Assembly (NCBI RefSeq): GCF_004010195.1
Contig: NC_057749.1
Coordinates: 25,703,044-25,767,043, forward strand
Direction of reading: 5' to 3'
DNA: 64,000 nt
Source of the DNA: Chiloscyllium plagiosum
Taxonomy: Eukaryota
Every line of letters starts with the position of its first letter. The stretch's first letter is position 1. A model generated the notes under the pieces. That model saw only the letters and a list, made by a program, of their open reading frames with translations. It did no database searches and was not told the origin of the DNA. Below are positions 38,500 to 50,362 of the stretch, piece after piece. The translations under genes and the position numbers were made by a program.

Positions 38500-39020
38500 T
38501 TAAGAAGATAAGAACTAATAGCAGGAGTAGGCTATCTGGCCCATTGAGCCTGGTCCGCCATTCAATACGATCATGGCTAACCTTTTCGTGAACTCAGCTT
38601 CACTTACCCACTTGCTCACCATAATGCTTCATTCCTTTACTATTCAAAAATCTATTTTTGCCTGAAATGAGGTAGCCTCAGCTTCCTCACTGGGCAGGGA
38701 ATTCCACAGATTCACAACCTCTTAGGTGAAGGAGTTCCTTTTGAACTCAGTCCGAAATCTGCTCCCCCTTATTTTGAGGCCATGCCCCCAAATTCTAATT
38801 TTACCCATCAGTGGAAACAACCTCCCTGCTTCTGTCCTGTCTATTCCTTCATAATTTTATGTTTCTCTACGATCCTCCCTCATTCTTCTAAATTTCAATG
38901 AGTATAGTCACAGTCTTCTCCTCATAAGTTAACCTCCTTAACTCCGGAATCAAGCGAGCGAACCTCTTCTGCACCCCTTCCAAAGCCAATACATCCTTTC
39001 TCAAGTAAAGAGACCAAATC
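38500..39020 (-). mobile_element. CR1 3' fragment
   Basis: Reverse-complement tail ataaga..gcaggagtaggc..; gggcagggaattccacagattcac. Confidence 0.8.
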
Positions 39021-40077
39021 TGTTCTCAGCTTTTTGGGGTAAACCACTGGAGAAATGTAGGATTAACAGTGCTAATGTAAATTATAGACACACAGTTTGT
39101 CTTATATAGTGGGCATGGGAAAGGGAAAGCAAAGACAGTGAGAAAAAATGGCAGGCGGGTATGTGAGATCAGTGTCACCCTCATTACTTAGACACCGTCT
39201 TTTAAAACTGAGATGCAAAACAGAAGGGTCATGATACCATCAGGTGGAATATTGAAAGTCGATCACTAGTCACAGCATTGCTCGGTTTACATGCGCTCCC
39301 AGTTAACCAAAATCCCAAAAGTAAAACTCTCACCCTTGTTTTCAAATCTCTCTACAAGCTCACCCTTCCCAATCTCCTCCAGCATTGCAAACCCCTCCCA
39401 CCGAGATATTTACATCCTCTACACTGACCTCTTGAGTATTCTCAACTTTAATCACACCTACTACCTTCAGCTGTCTGGACATCATGCTCTGAAATTCAAT
39501 CTCTAAACCTCCTTCCTTCTGAAAAGAGCTTTTGGGCATCTATCCTAAAAACTCTTCCTATGGCTTGATGTAAGTTATTATTTGTAAACCATCCTGGGAT
39601 ATTTTATGAATGAAAGAAATAAAAATGCAATATAAATACAAGTTGCCAGAAATTAAAGCACTATGATAGAATAATATACAATCTGTATATTACTAAATAC
39701 AATGTGCAGTAATGTTTTTCCTAGACAGAGCACACTCTTTCTCTTTTGATTTTGTCGATATAGCAATATCTCTGCTAGTTCGCTTTGGTTGTGAATGTAG
39801 ATAATTGTCTTTACAGGTGCAGTGCAATGGGACATAATGAAAACACCCACCTACCTTGCATGACTCTTATCAGCCAAGTTTAGGCAGGGGAATGTATCAA
39901 TTAACTTTGAACAAGATGGGAGGAAGTTTAAGGCCGAAACTATTTTCAATCGTGTGTAAAGTTAAGTGAAAATGGATGAACCCACTAATGCTCAAACTGG
40001 TTGAGACGGCATCTCACCACGATAAAAGGGGATTCATTCAACACTTCTGCTCATTTAAGTAAGAGCTCTGAGGAATT

Positions 40078-40480
40078 TTGTAGCATAGTGGTAATGTCCC
40101 TAACTCTGAGCCAGGAGACCTGGTTTCAAGTCGCACCTGCCCCAGAGATGTGTAATAACATCTCCGAACAAGTTCACTGGTGATCTGTAGGAAGCAGAGG
40201 GATCCATATTAGAACCTGATAACTAAAATATGGTGACAAAAGCAGAAATTGCTGGAGAAACTCAGCAGGCCTGAGCAGGATTGTAGAGAGAGAAGCAGAA
40301 TTAAACTGAGTCCAGTGACCCTTTGTCAGACCCTTTGTACAGTATTTTGTTGACATTTGAAGGAAGGGCACTTGTGGTACAGTGCAGTGTTCTTATTTCA
40401 GATCCAAGAGACCTGATTTCAAATCCCACTTGTTTCAGTGGTGTGTAATAACATCACTGAATGGGTTGATTAGGTAATAT
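40078..40480 (+). repeat. Two tRNA-like modules (as at 18702-19055) separated by a family D fragment (about 40215-40325, minus)
   Basis: tagtggtaatgtccc..ggtttcaagtc..gtgtaataacatc repeated. Confidence 0.55.
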
Positions 40481-40768
40481 GTTTGTGAGAGCTCTGAACA
40501 GTATTGGTTGCATATAGACTGTTATAATAGACTTCTGTTCTAAAGCATTCGTTTTTAAAAATAAATTACAAAGGTCCTGAAAATGGTTTAGTTTATAAAG
40601 ATCAGGCTGGAGCTGAGCTGTACTGATGAGACAGGACCTTCAATTTGATTTCTAGGCTATGCTGAGTTGGCTAATCACAGCCAGGACACTTAAATTAAGC
40701 CTCGGGAGCCTGTGCTCAGGAGTGAAAATAATCAGCAACAGTTCTCCAACTCTTCCGGTGATATGATA

Positions 40769-41003
40769 GTTAAAAAATCGCACAGCATCAGGTTATAGTC
40801 CGACAGGTTTATTTAGAAGCACTAGCTTTCGGAGCGACGCTCCTTCATCAGGTGGTTGTGGAGAATCCACAATGTCCACAACCACCTGATGAAGGAGCAG
40901 CGCTCCGAAAACTAGTGCCTCCAAATAAACCTGTCGGACTATAACCTGGTGTTGTGTGATTTTTAACTTTGTACACCCCAGTCCAACACCGGCATCTCCG
41001 AAT
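40769..41003. mobile_element. Family C fold-back element with two divergent hammerhead motifs
   Basis: Motifs at 40820-40854 (minus) and 40883-40917 (plus); arms homologous to 14358-14627; shared end tccaacac(c/t)ggcatctccgaat. Confidence 0.85.
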
Positions 41004-41444
41004 GGTGAAATATTGGTCGCTGTTGGAGAATGAGTGATGGGATTGAGTTCTGCTTTGATGCCAACTCAGAAGCAAACGAGTCACTTGGACACTCAGTCAT
41101 TGCAGAGACCTCTGAGAGGGTGACCATAACACAGATGGAGTTAACACAGTTAGGAGAGGAAGAGGCAGAAAATTAGCCCATTTTTATAAACAACCTTGTG
41201 TGGTGTAAACATTTAACTGTTTCCACTCAAGCTCTTAATTCTAAATACTTAGCCAATCTGTGGTATAAACTGTTGAAAACCCAGGGGATACAATTCATGA
41301 TGTTAACCATCTGCTAGCAAGGATAATGTCTTTCAAGTTATCAGATCATTGCACTCATTTCAATAAAAATCATACACCAAGCAGTTTGTATCACAAATCC
41401 ACTGCACAGACATACACTCGTGTAGAATTTGGTCAAGTTCAGCC

Positions 41445-41482
41445 AGTTCTGAGGACGGGTCACTCAACCCGAAATGTTAACT
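41445..41482 (+). ncRNA. Hammerhead motif (family D) on a Penelope-derived fragment (about 41440-41548)
   Basis: agtt CTGAGGA c gggt-cactca-accc GAAA tgtt aact; stem I agtt/aact. Confidence 0.65.
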
Positions 41483-41604
41483 CCGATATCTCTTCACAGA
41501 TGCAGCCAGCCTGCTGAGCTTTTCCTGCAATTTCTGATTTTGTTTCAGCCACGTTCAGTACTGGAGTCCACAAATTTCCATCATTTTTAAACGAAATACA
41601 AGAT

Positions 41605-41800
41605 GTGGAATGAACTTCCAGAGGAAGTGGTGGATGTGGGTGCAATGACAATGTTTAAAAGACATTTGGATAAGTACATGAATCGGAAAGGTTTGGACAG
41701 ATATGGGCCAGGAGCAGGCAGGTGGGACTAGTTAAGTTTGGGATTATGTTCGGCATGGACTGGTTGGACCAAAGGGTCTGTTTCCGTGCTGTATGATTCT
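41605..41800 (+). mobile_element. CR1/HER1 3' tail
   Basis: tggaatgaacttccagaggaagtgg...ccgtgctgtatgattct. Confidence 0.85.
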
Positions 41801-42664
41801 TTGATCTAAGACAGCTCACTACCACCTTCTCAAGGGCAATTACTATAAATGAATAAAAATGGAATAAAACCAATGTATTGCCTTCTGACCCAGGCTGCAC
41901 CCTGACTGCAATTAATAGTCAGGTTCTATTGGTGATGAGTCGCATTAACAAATCTAATTAAAACTGAATGCAAAGAGTTTGTTTATATTATGTGTGTCAC
42001 TGGAACGTTACTGTGGGGAAACATGGGCTTATTAGAATTTTGTTGAGTGACCTGATTCTAAATCTGAATGCAAATTAATGCGGAGGGGATTCATGCTCCC
42101 CTAAAACATTTTCTGTCATGATGCGTACCTGTTTCTGGAAGGAAGAATCTCTGTGATATTCGCATTCACTCCTTGAACTCCCATTACCGCCAGGGAGGTA
42201 ATATTGATCAATGGCCAAAAGGAACATGCAATAACACTGGCAATTCAAGAATGGACCTGACATGCAGAAACAAGTAATTCCATGGGCTTTGTGACTTAAG
42301 TTTCCAGTATACACTTGCCTCTGCAGGCGTGTGAAATTCCAATCGATTGCTGCGACTTTACCACTGAACATGACAGAAATTAACAAACTGCAATGTCAAG
42401 GCTGCAATTTAAAGCCTTGAGCTCTCCCTGGGCATTGTATGCCCATCTCATGAACTGAACAACTGGTTCAGCCAATTCAGAGGACAGTTAAGCCAAATAA
42501 TGAGCCATGTTACTGTTGGTCTGGAGTCACATGTAGGCCAGACTGGGTAAGGATGAATGGAAGATTTCTTTCCCTAAAGGCGCACACATGAACCAGACTG
42601 GTGTTAAAGATAATGGACGAGACTGGAGCTTTTAATTCCAGGTTTATTTGAATTTATCTCCTGC

Positions 42665-42923
42665 AAAAGAGCCCCTATTGTGTGGGAGAAGGCTATTTAG
42701 TCCACATCAACTCTCTGAAGAACATTCCACCCAGACCCTACCCTCATCCTTTATTCCACTTGGCTAACCCACCTAACTTGGACAATTTCCTGCAGATCTT
42801 TGGACTGTGGGGAAACAATACTGGAGCACCCAGAGAGTGTGCAAACTCCATACGTTGCCCAAGAGTGGAATTGAACCCAGCTCCCTGGAACTGTGAGACA
42901 GCAGTGCTAACCACTGAGCCACC
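42665..42923 (-). mobile_element. HE1-like SINE (degenerate)
   Basis: gtggaattgaacccag..gcagtgctaaccactgagccacc. Confidence 0.8.
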
Positions 42924-43528
42924 TTAGTGCCATGGGGGTATTGAATCCATACCCCTTGGATACCAACTCAGTTTCTCTGTCTACAGATGCTGCCAGACTT
43001 GCTGAGTTTATCCATAACGTTCTGTTTTTGTGACTTGGAGCATTAGCCTGGCCTCTCTGGAATACTAATATAACCACTATACCACATCTCCCTCCTTTTA
43101 AAAGGTTCACCAACCCCCTGAAAGCTTATTGGGACAAAATAATATGCATTGCACACTTTCTCAATCAGCTTTTGTTGGAAGGGAGATGTTAAGCTCCAAC
43201 CAATCTGACATCCCTCTGCACAGGTCAACATGCCTGCTACTTTCATTTTGTTGTCCCGCTTCTTAATCCCTTACAGTGCTAGTTAACTGACTTGATAAGG
43301 CCAATTACTTTTGTGTCCTCATCAGCTCAAACTTTGGTTTCCCCATTTACCCATACAAATATAAATATCTTGAGCTTAATTTTATGCAGGTACTTCCTTC
43401 CCGTATGCAATGTTATAAAAAAAACAAACATTCTGCCTCTCCCCTGAGCATCACCAGACTGAACCCAGAGCCAGCATCATTCCATTTTTTTTAGAGTCTT
43501 AGAGATGATTTATTTTTACAAACAATAG

Positions 43529-44441
43529 TGTCACAATACTTTAGGATATGTGTTTTATCCTGTATTGTTTTTGAAGAGAGACTTAAGGCAGAGGTGAAGA
43601 ACAGAATACCAGAACCACTAGAGTAAACAGCTGGTGAGACATTGGGGTTTTTAAAACATTGGAAAAAGTTGGAAGATGGGTGGCACAGTGGCTCAGTGGT
43701 TAGCACTGCAGCCTCAGCACCAAGGACCCGGGTTTGATTCCTGCCTTGGGCGGCTGTCTGTGTGGAGTTTGCATATTCTCCCCATGTCTGTGTGGGTTTC
43801 CTCCCACAATCCAAAGATGTACAGGCCAAGTGAATTGGCCATGCTAAATTGTCCATAGTGTTAGGTACATTAGTAAATGTAGAATAGGGGAATGTGTCTG
43901 GATGGGTTACTTTTCGGTGGGTCAATGTTGACTTGTTGGGCCGAAAGGCCTGGTCCCATACTGTAGGAAATCTAATCTAAAAGAAACAGCCTGAATGGGT
44001 GTGGTCAAGCTCTCACAGAACCAGGATTTTTATTCTAGCTTTCAGCAGTTGTTGCTGGGGTCTTGAGAAGTGAAAGCAATGTTTTTTCCCTCTCAGTTAC
44101 AGATAATAGCTGGGGGTTCTCTTCCTGTTGCATGCGAGAAAATCTATTTTCTGAATTTGCCATTTGCAAAGGGTCTACTTATGGGACATTACTAGATTGG
44201 GACAGTTAATTAGCAACATTTACTCTATCTATTATTCTGTTTTCCAATAGAGTTAAGTTATTGTAATTCCTTCTTTCTTTTGTTGTACTTTAACTATAGT
44301 GAATTAATAAAGTTTTAAATCCAGTAACCAAGGGAATTGCATCTGGAATGCAACACATTACATTTACCTTGGAAGTAAGAAAAACGTTAGGGTCTAGATT
44401 ATCTCCTGAATACTTTAATGGTGTTTTGTCTGGTCCATAAT
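43529..44441 (+). mobile_element. Probable solo LTR with an inserted HE1-like SINE (43678-43980)
   Basis: Starts TGTCAC, AATAAA at about 44306, ends near ccataa; flanks atag/gtag could be a decayed TSD; the SINE itself is clear. Confidence 0.45.
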
Positions 44442-45187
44442 GTAGCAAGTGCTAATGCTGCTGACAAGCTTTGGTTAATGATCATAGTGAGGCCGCTGCC
44501 TGTTTAGACAGGCAGATCTGCCAAAACATATTCTTGGAATTATTCAAACCATTGTATTTCTAAAAGTATTTGAGTTGGACACTCTTACTCTATGCTCAGT
44601 TTACCAAAGTTAAAAATCAAACAACACCAGGTTATAGTCCAACAGGTTTATTTGGAAAAACTAGCTTTTAAGGTACTGCCTCTTCATCAGGTGGTTAAGA
44701 CTAAATCCCATCTTGATAATATATTCGCAATCAGTAATATATTATGGGCAAGTGAATCTACAGGAATCTCAAGGAACATCTTAAAGAAAATGCAATTCTT
44801 AACACTTCATTTGACATTCATTTCTCACTGGTTAAGTTACATTTACATTTACATTACACAGTCTAGTTACAGTTTGAAATTTTCCTTTTATAAATCGTGG
44901 GTGTTCTTATACACATAGTTGATGAATATTTCAACACAGATCACAGAGAGAAGAAGGACAGTTTCATTCCCAGACAGACGTCAGAGAAATAAACATCAAA
45001 AATACACATGATCAAAAACCCAATAAGAAATGTATAGATTAAAAATGAAGAATTGTTGCTACATTTTCAGCAAGAACTCCACAGGAATAAGTAATTTTTA
45101 TAATGAATGTAAATAAAACATAAAATATGGATAATACTCAGCAGCGCAGATGAAGATCTACCTTAAATGGACTCAAAGGATCCTCCT

Positions 45188-45287
45188 TGTAGTGATTGTA
45201 GTGAGGTCAGGCAGGTGGACCTCATAGAATATGATACATGAATTCAAACAGCAAAGGCAGTAACTGTGCAGGTACCCTATGGTGTCA

Positions 45288-45318
<31 letters not shown>

Positions 45319-46608
45319 CTGCATTGACCTTACCATGTGTTTCCTTTGTCTGCTCTTCTCCCTTTTTAAACTGCTGTTGTTTTGACTTTTTTTTCCACAA
45401 AGTTCCAAAACAATGCAACAGCATATAAAACAGTAATTGCTGCTCCTGGAATTCGAGGAAATCACCTCCAACACCTAAAATATCTCAAAAAAGGAGCAGC
45501 TCTTACAGCCAGAAATTTTTCCCATCCTCCATCTTGGATTACCCAGAATCCCAGGATCTTGACCAGATGGGCCAGTGAACTGAGAAGTGGCAGATGGAGT
45601 TTAATACAGATAAATGCGAGGTGCTGCATTTTGGGAAAGCAAATCTTAGCAGGACTTATACACTTAATGGTAAGGTCCGAGGGAGTGTTGCTGAACAAAG
45701 AGACCTTGGAGTGCAGGTTCATAGCTCCTTGAAAGTAGAGTCGCAGGTAGATAGGATAGTGAAGAAGGCGTTTGGTATGCTTTCCTTTATTGGTCAGAGT
45801 ATTGAGTACAGGAGTTGGGAGGTCATGTTGCAGCTGTACAGTACATTGGTTAGGCCACCGTTGGAATATTGCGTGCAATTCTGGTCTCCTTTCTATCGGA
45901 AGTATGCTGTGGAACTTGAAAGGGTTCAGAAAAGATTTACAAGGATGTTGACAGGGTTGGAGGATCTGAGCTACAGGGAGAGGCTGAACAGGCTGGAGAT
46001 GTTTTCCCTGGAGCACCGGAGATTGAGGGGTGACCTTACAGAAATTTATAAAATCATGAGGGGCATGGATAGGATAAATAGACAGAGTCTTTTCCCTGGG
46101 ATCGGGGAGTCCAGAACTAGAGGGCATAGGTTTAGGGTGAAAGGGGAAAGATATAAAAGAGACCTAAGGGGAAAATATTTCACACAGAGGGTGGTGCATG
46201 TATGGAATGAGCTGCCAGAGGAAGTGGTGGAGGCTGGCACAATTGCAAGATTTAAGAGGCATTTGGATGGGTTGATGAATAGAAAGGGTTTAGAGGGATA
46301 TGGGCCGGGTGCTGGCAGGTGGGACTAGATTGGGTTGGGATATCTGGTCGGCATGGATGGATTGGACTGAAGGGTCTGTTTCCATGCTGTACATCTCTAT
46401 GATTCTATGACTCTAATATGAGTTCCTTGATTGGGACTGTTAATTTGGTCCAAGCAGGGAGTCCTGGATGACAGATATAAACAGGAGAGTCAGAGGATCT
46501 GTTCACTCTGAGAGCTGACTCTGAGGAAGCTGGATCAGTGTCAGGACTTTCCATGTGTAAATAAAGGGGACTTGGTAGTGGGATACCAGTCTCTGTGGAG
46601 TTATTTCA
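45188..46608 (+). mobile_element. Solo Gypsy LTR (family of 11771-12002) split by a LINE; LTR parts at 45188-45234 and 46415-46608
   Basis: TG...CA termini; 5-bp TSD ctcct at 45183-45187 and 46609-46613; colinear with the reverse complement of 11771-12002. Confidence 0.88.
45235..46414 (+). mobile_element. Young CR1/HER1 insertion: open ORF2 C-terminus (45594-46328) preceded by about 320 bp of non-colinear sequence
   Basis: 244-aa uninterrupted ORF (KCEVLHFG...LVRPPLEYCVQFWSP...RRLRGDL); TSD aatatga at 45228-45234 and 46415-46421. Confidence 0.92.
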
Positions 46609-47084
46609 CTCCTGCTCCTATTTGTTGTGGTTTAACAACGTCTGTCTAAATGGTTTGCTTAAAATTAAATATCCATTGGCTACAAAAGATCCATTGTCTG
46701 GTTGGGTTGTTTTGCGGTCAAACTAATTTAAAATACCAAGTGATAGAATCAACAGCCTGAAGAATAATTAGACAGAATTAATTTTATTCTTCCAACCCAT
46801 TAAAACACATAATATAGAAATTCTTAAACACGGGAGATATTCAGAAGCATCCATTACTATCAGAATGGACAGAAGACTAGTTCATCAGTGCCTAAGCATT
46901 TTATGTATTTTTGAACAAAATTTAATTTAAAAATGTAATAATATTGCAAATTTAAGGGCATTCCTTCAACTGAGACTGGATAATAAAACCTTTTAAAATA
47001 TTTCTTTCTTCATTTGGTCTTTGAATAAAGTTGTACGATTATATTGAGCTCAAACCAGTAACAGGACAAGTTAGAACACTTAAG

Positions 47085-47512
47085 GATTGGAGAGTTTAAG
47101 CTATAGGGAGAGGCTGAGTAGGCTGGAGGCTATTTTCCCTGGAGCATCAGAGGCAGAAGGGTGACTTTATAGAAGTTTATAAAATCATGAGGGGCATGGA
47201 TAGTGTCTTTTCCCCAGGGTGAGAGGAGTCCAAAATTAAAAGGCATGGGTTTAAAGTGAGAGGTGAAAGATTTAAAAGGTATTTAAGGGGTGGTGCATGT
47301 ATGGAATGAGCTGGCAGAGGAAGTGGTGGAGGCTGGTACAATTGCAACATTTAGGAGGCATTTGGATGGGTATATGAACAGGAAGGGTTTGGAGGGATAT
47401 GGGCTGGGTGTTGGCAAATGGGACTCGATTAATTTAGGATACCTGGTCAGCATGGACATGTTGGACCAAAGGGTCTATTTCCTTGCTGTATAACTAACTC
47501 TATGACTCTATG
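47085..47512 (+). mobile_element. CR1/HER1 3' fragment
   Basis: VHVWNELAEEVVEAGTIATFRRHLDGYMNRKGLEGYG; tail present. Confidence 0.9.
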
Positions 47513-48360
47513 ATTTTAATATTTGCCCAATCTGGTCAACAGGAAAGGAGGGAAGATTCAGTAATGACTCCTTCTGCTGTTGCTGTATCCTCATTTGATA
47601 GGAGACAGCATTGGCTGACACCACAAAGTGTAGACCTTAGCGATACCAATTGTAGCAATATGCTTGAGCATGTGCTCTTGATTGTGAGTTTTGAAAAGTA
47701 TCTGCATGTGCCCTGTTGTAACTGGGCTAGCTGCCAATACTAAAAAAAAATCTAAAAACGCATTCATTTTGATTATGTGAAACAGGCTAACACACGCAAG
47801 ATTGTTCTAAGCAGTTCAAGCAGATACTTTTCCCTTTAAAGTAGGATAATACATGAAAAAGATTGACTGTCATCTGGACTGATAAAGGGATTTGCTAGGT
47901 CTGGACTTTATTTCGTTGTTTTGTTTTCAAATGTTTATCCAGTAAGATAGGGAAGGGGGATGTCAAGTTATCTAATTTAGATTCCCATTATAAATGTGAA
48001 GGAGATTGAATTAAATTCTTGGTTTATGTCAAAAACTGGCATTGCTTCCACTCTTTGGCTCCATTTCCTTGCCCAGAGGGAAATGCAGTTTAACAGCCAG
48101 CATTGCTTAAAAAATAACACCCTGATTCTTACTGCAGCTCCATTCTGAGGTATACTAAATGAGTCAAACCAGAATGCATCATTTGCAAGGTTTGCTGTCT
48201 TTCCCTTTTTGGGGATTTCCTGCTGTGTATAATTCCAGGCCCAAAATCCATCCGGTGAGGCCCATTGTAACTGAGCACTGAAATGATAGGACCAGGCTAT
48301 ATGTGCTGTTTTGTGCTACAATGTTCTATATAGCATGTTTCTCATAAGCTGTACTGTACT

Positions 48361-48792
48361 AATGTTGCTGGGACTGGAGGGTTTGAGTTATGAAAGTAGT
48401 CTGGATAGACTGAGACTGTCTTCACTGGAGCATAGGAGGTTGAGGGGTGATCTTATAGAGGTTTATAAAATCATGAGGGGCATGGATAAGGTGAAGAGGA
48501 ATTTTCTTTCACTAGTTTGGGATAGTTCAAAAACTAGGGGGTATACATTTAAGGCGAGAGGAGGAAGATTTAAAGAGGACACAAGGGCAATCTTTCTATA
48601 CAGAGAGTGAATGGTGTGTGGAATGAGCTGCCAGAGGAAGTGATAGATGCAGGTATAGATACAATGTTTAAAAGACATTTGGATAAGTATGAATAGGAAA
48701 GGTTTGGAGGGTATGGGCGAGACAGAGGCAGTCGGAACTAGTTTACTTTGGGAACGCATGGACCAGGTGGACGAAAGGGTCTGTTTCCATGT
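48361..48792 (+). mobile_element. CR1/HER1 3' fragment
   Basis: GLEGLSYE..LDRL.L.SLEHRRLRGDLIEVYKIMRG. Confidence 0.9.
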
Positions 48793-49269
48793 GGCAATAA
48801 TTTAAAGTTATTGCTACTTGCGTAGGTCTACTTGATTTTTGTACTTTATTTTATTTATAAGGCCAGGAAGCAAATCGCAATGGGAAAATTTGAACAATGT
48901 TGAGAATGAATATTTTCTAGACTATGTTAACACAAAGTTTAACTGTAGACAGCCTTATGACCCTTCACTTGGTTATGAAAGAAAAAGTGATATTGTGGGA
49001 ACAGAGATGGGTGGTGAAGACAAAACTATTCATTACACATCCCACAAAATCCGAGTTAAGACAAAATTGAAACCCTTTGGGACCTTTTAGAAAAACAGCA
49101 GAAACCACAACTATTTGCATTTTCAAATCTAAGATGTACGTTTGCTGGGCTTTGTAAAATTGTCATAGGACCATATATAATAATTGTTTTGTGGTTTAGT
49201 TTCATTTGATGATCAAGTAATTGAGGTTTCATTATCAGTTAATTTAAGACTATATTCTCTTCAATTATA

Positions 49270-50362
49270 GCTGGAAATGTGTTGCTGGAAAAGCGCAGCA
49301 GGTCAGGCAGCATCCAGGGAACAGGAGAATCGACGTTTCGGGCATAAGCCCTTCTTCAGGAATGAGGAAAGTTTGTCCAGCAGGCTAAGATAAAAGGTAG
49401 GGAGGAGGGACTTGGGGGAGGGGCGTTGGAAATGTGATAGGTGGAAAGAGGTCTCCAAGTCCCTCCTCCCTCCCTTTTATCTTAGCNNNNNNNNNNNNNN
49501 NNNNNNNNNNNNNNNNNNNNNNNNNNNNNNNNNNNNNNNNNNNNNNNNNNNNNNNNNNNNNNNNNNNNNNNNNNNNNNNNNNNNNNNNNNNNNNNNNNNN
49601 NNNNNNNNNNNNNNNNNNNNNNNNNNNNNNNNNNNNNNNNNNNNNNNNNNNNNNNNNNNNNNNNNNNNNNNNNNNNNNNNNNNNNNNNNNNNNNNNNNNN
49701 NNNNNNNNNNNNNNNNNNNNNNNNNNNNNNNNNNNNNNNNNNNNNNNNNNNNNNNNNNNNNNNNNNNNNNNNNNNNNNNNNNNNNNNNNNNNNNNNNNNN
49801 NNNNNNNNNNNNNNNNNNNNNNNNNNNNNNNNNNNNNNNNNNNNNNNNNNNNNNNNNNNNNNNNNNNNNNNNNNNNNNNNNNNNNNNNNNNNNNNNNNNN
49901 NNNNNNNNNNNNNNNNNNNNNNNNNNNNNNNNNNNNNNNNNNNNNNNNNNNNNNNNNNNNNNNNNNNNNNNNNNNNNNNNNNNNNNNNNNNNNNNNNNNN
50001 NNNNNNNNNNNNNNNNNNNNNNNNNNNNNNNNNNNNNNNNNNNNNNNNNNNNNNNNNNNNNNNNNNNNNNNNNNNNNNNNNNNNNNNNNNNNNNNNNNNN
50101 NNNNNNNNNGCCCCCACCCCAGTCTGACCTTTCACCCTCACCTTGACCTCTTTCCACCTATCACATTTCCGACGCCCCTCCCCCAAGTCCTTCCTCCCTA
50201 CCTTTTATCTTAGCCTGCTGGACAAACGTTCCTCATTCCTGAAGAAGGGCTTATGCCCGAAACGTCGATTCTCCTGTTCCCTGGATGCTGCCTGACCTGC
50301 TGCGCTTTTCCAGCAACACATTTCCAGCTCTGATCTCCAGCATCTGCAGACCTCACTTTCTC
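49270..50362. mobile_element. Young family A fold-back element spanning an N gap, with intact hammerheads at 49328-49363 (minus) and 50235-50270 (plus)
   Basis: TSD ttctcttcaattata at 49255-49269 and 50358-50372; about 185-bp inverted arms. Confidence 0.88.
49487..50109. other. Assembly gap (N run)
   Basis: N characters. Confidence 1.

Noticed and set aside
44496..44515. 8-bp hairpin ctgcctgt-ttag-acaggcag
   Set aside because: Isolated short inverted repeat, expected by chance in 64 kb
49412..50213. Long ORFs of 226-259 aa
   Set aside because: Made almost entirely of translated N gap; the same applies to ORFs crossing 25997-26163
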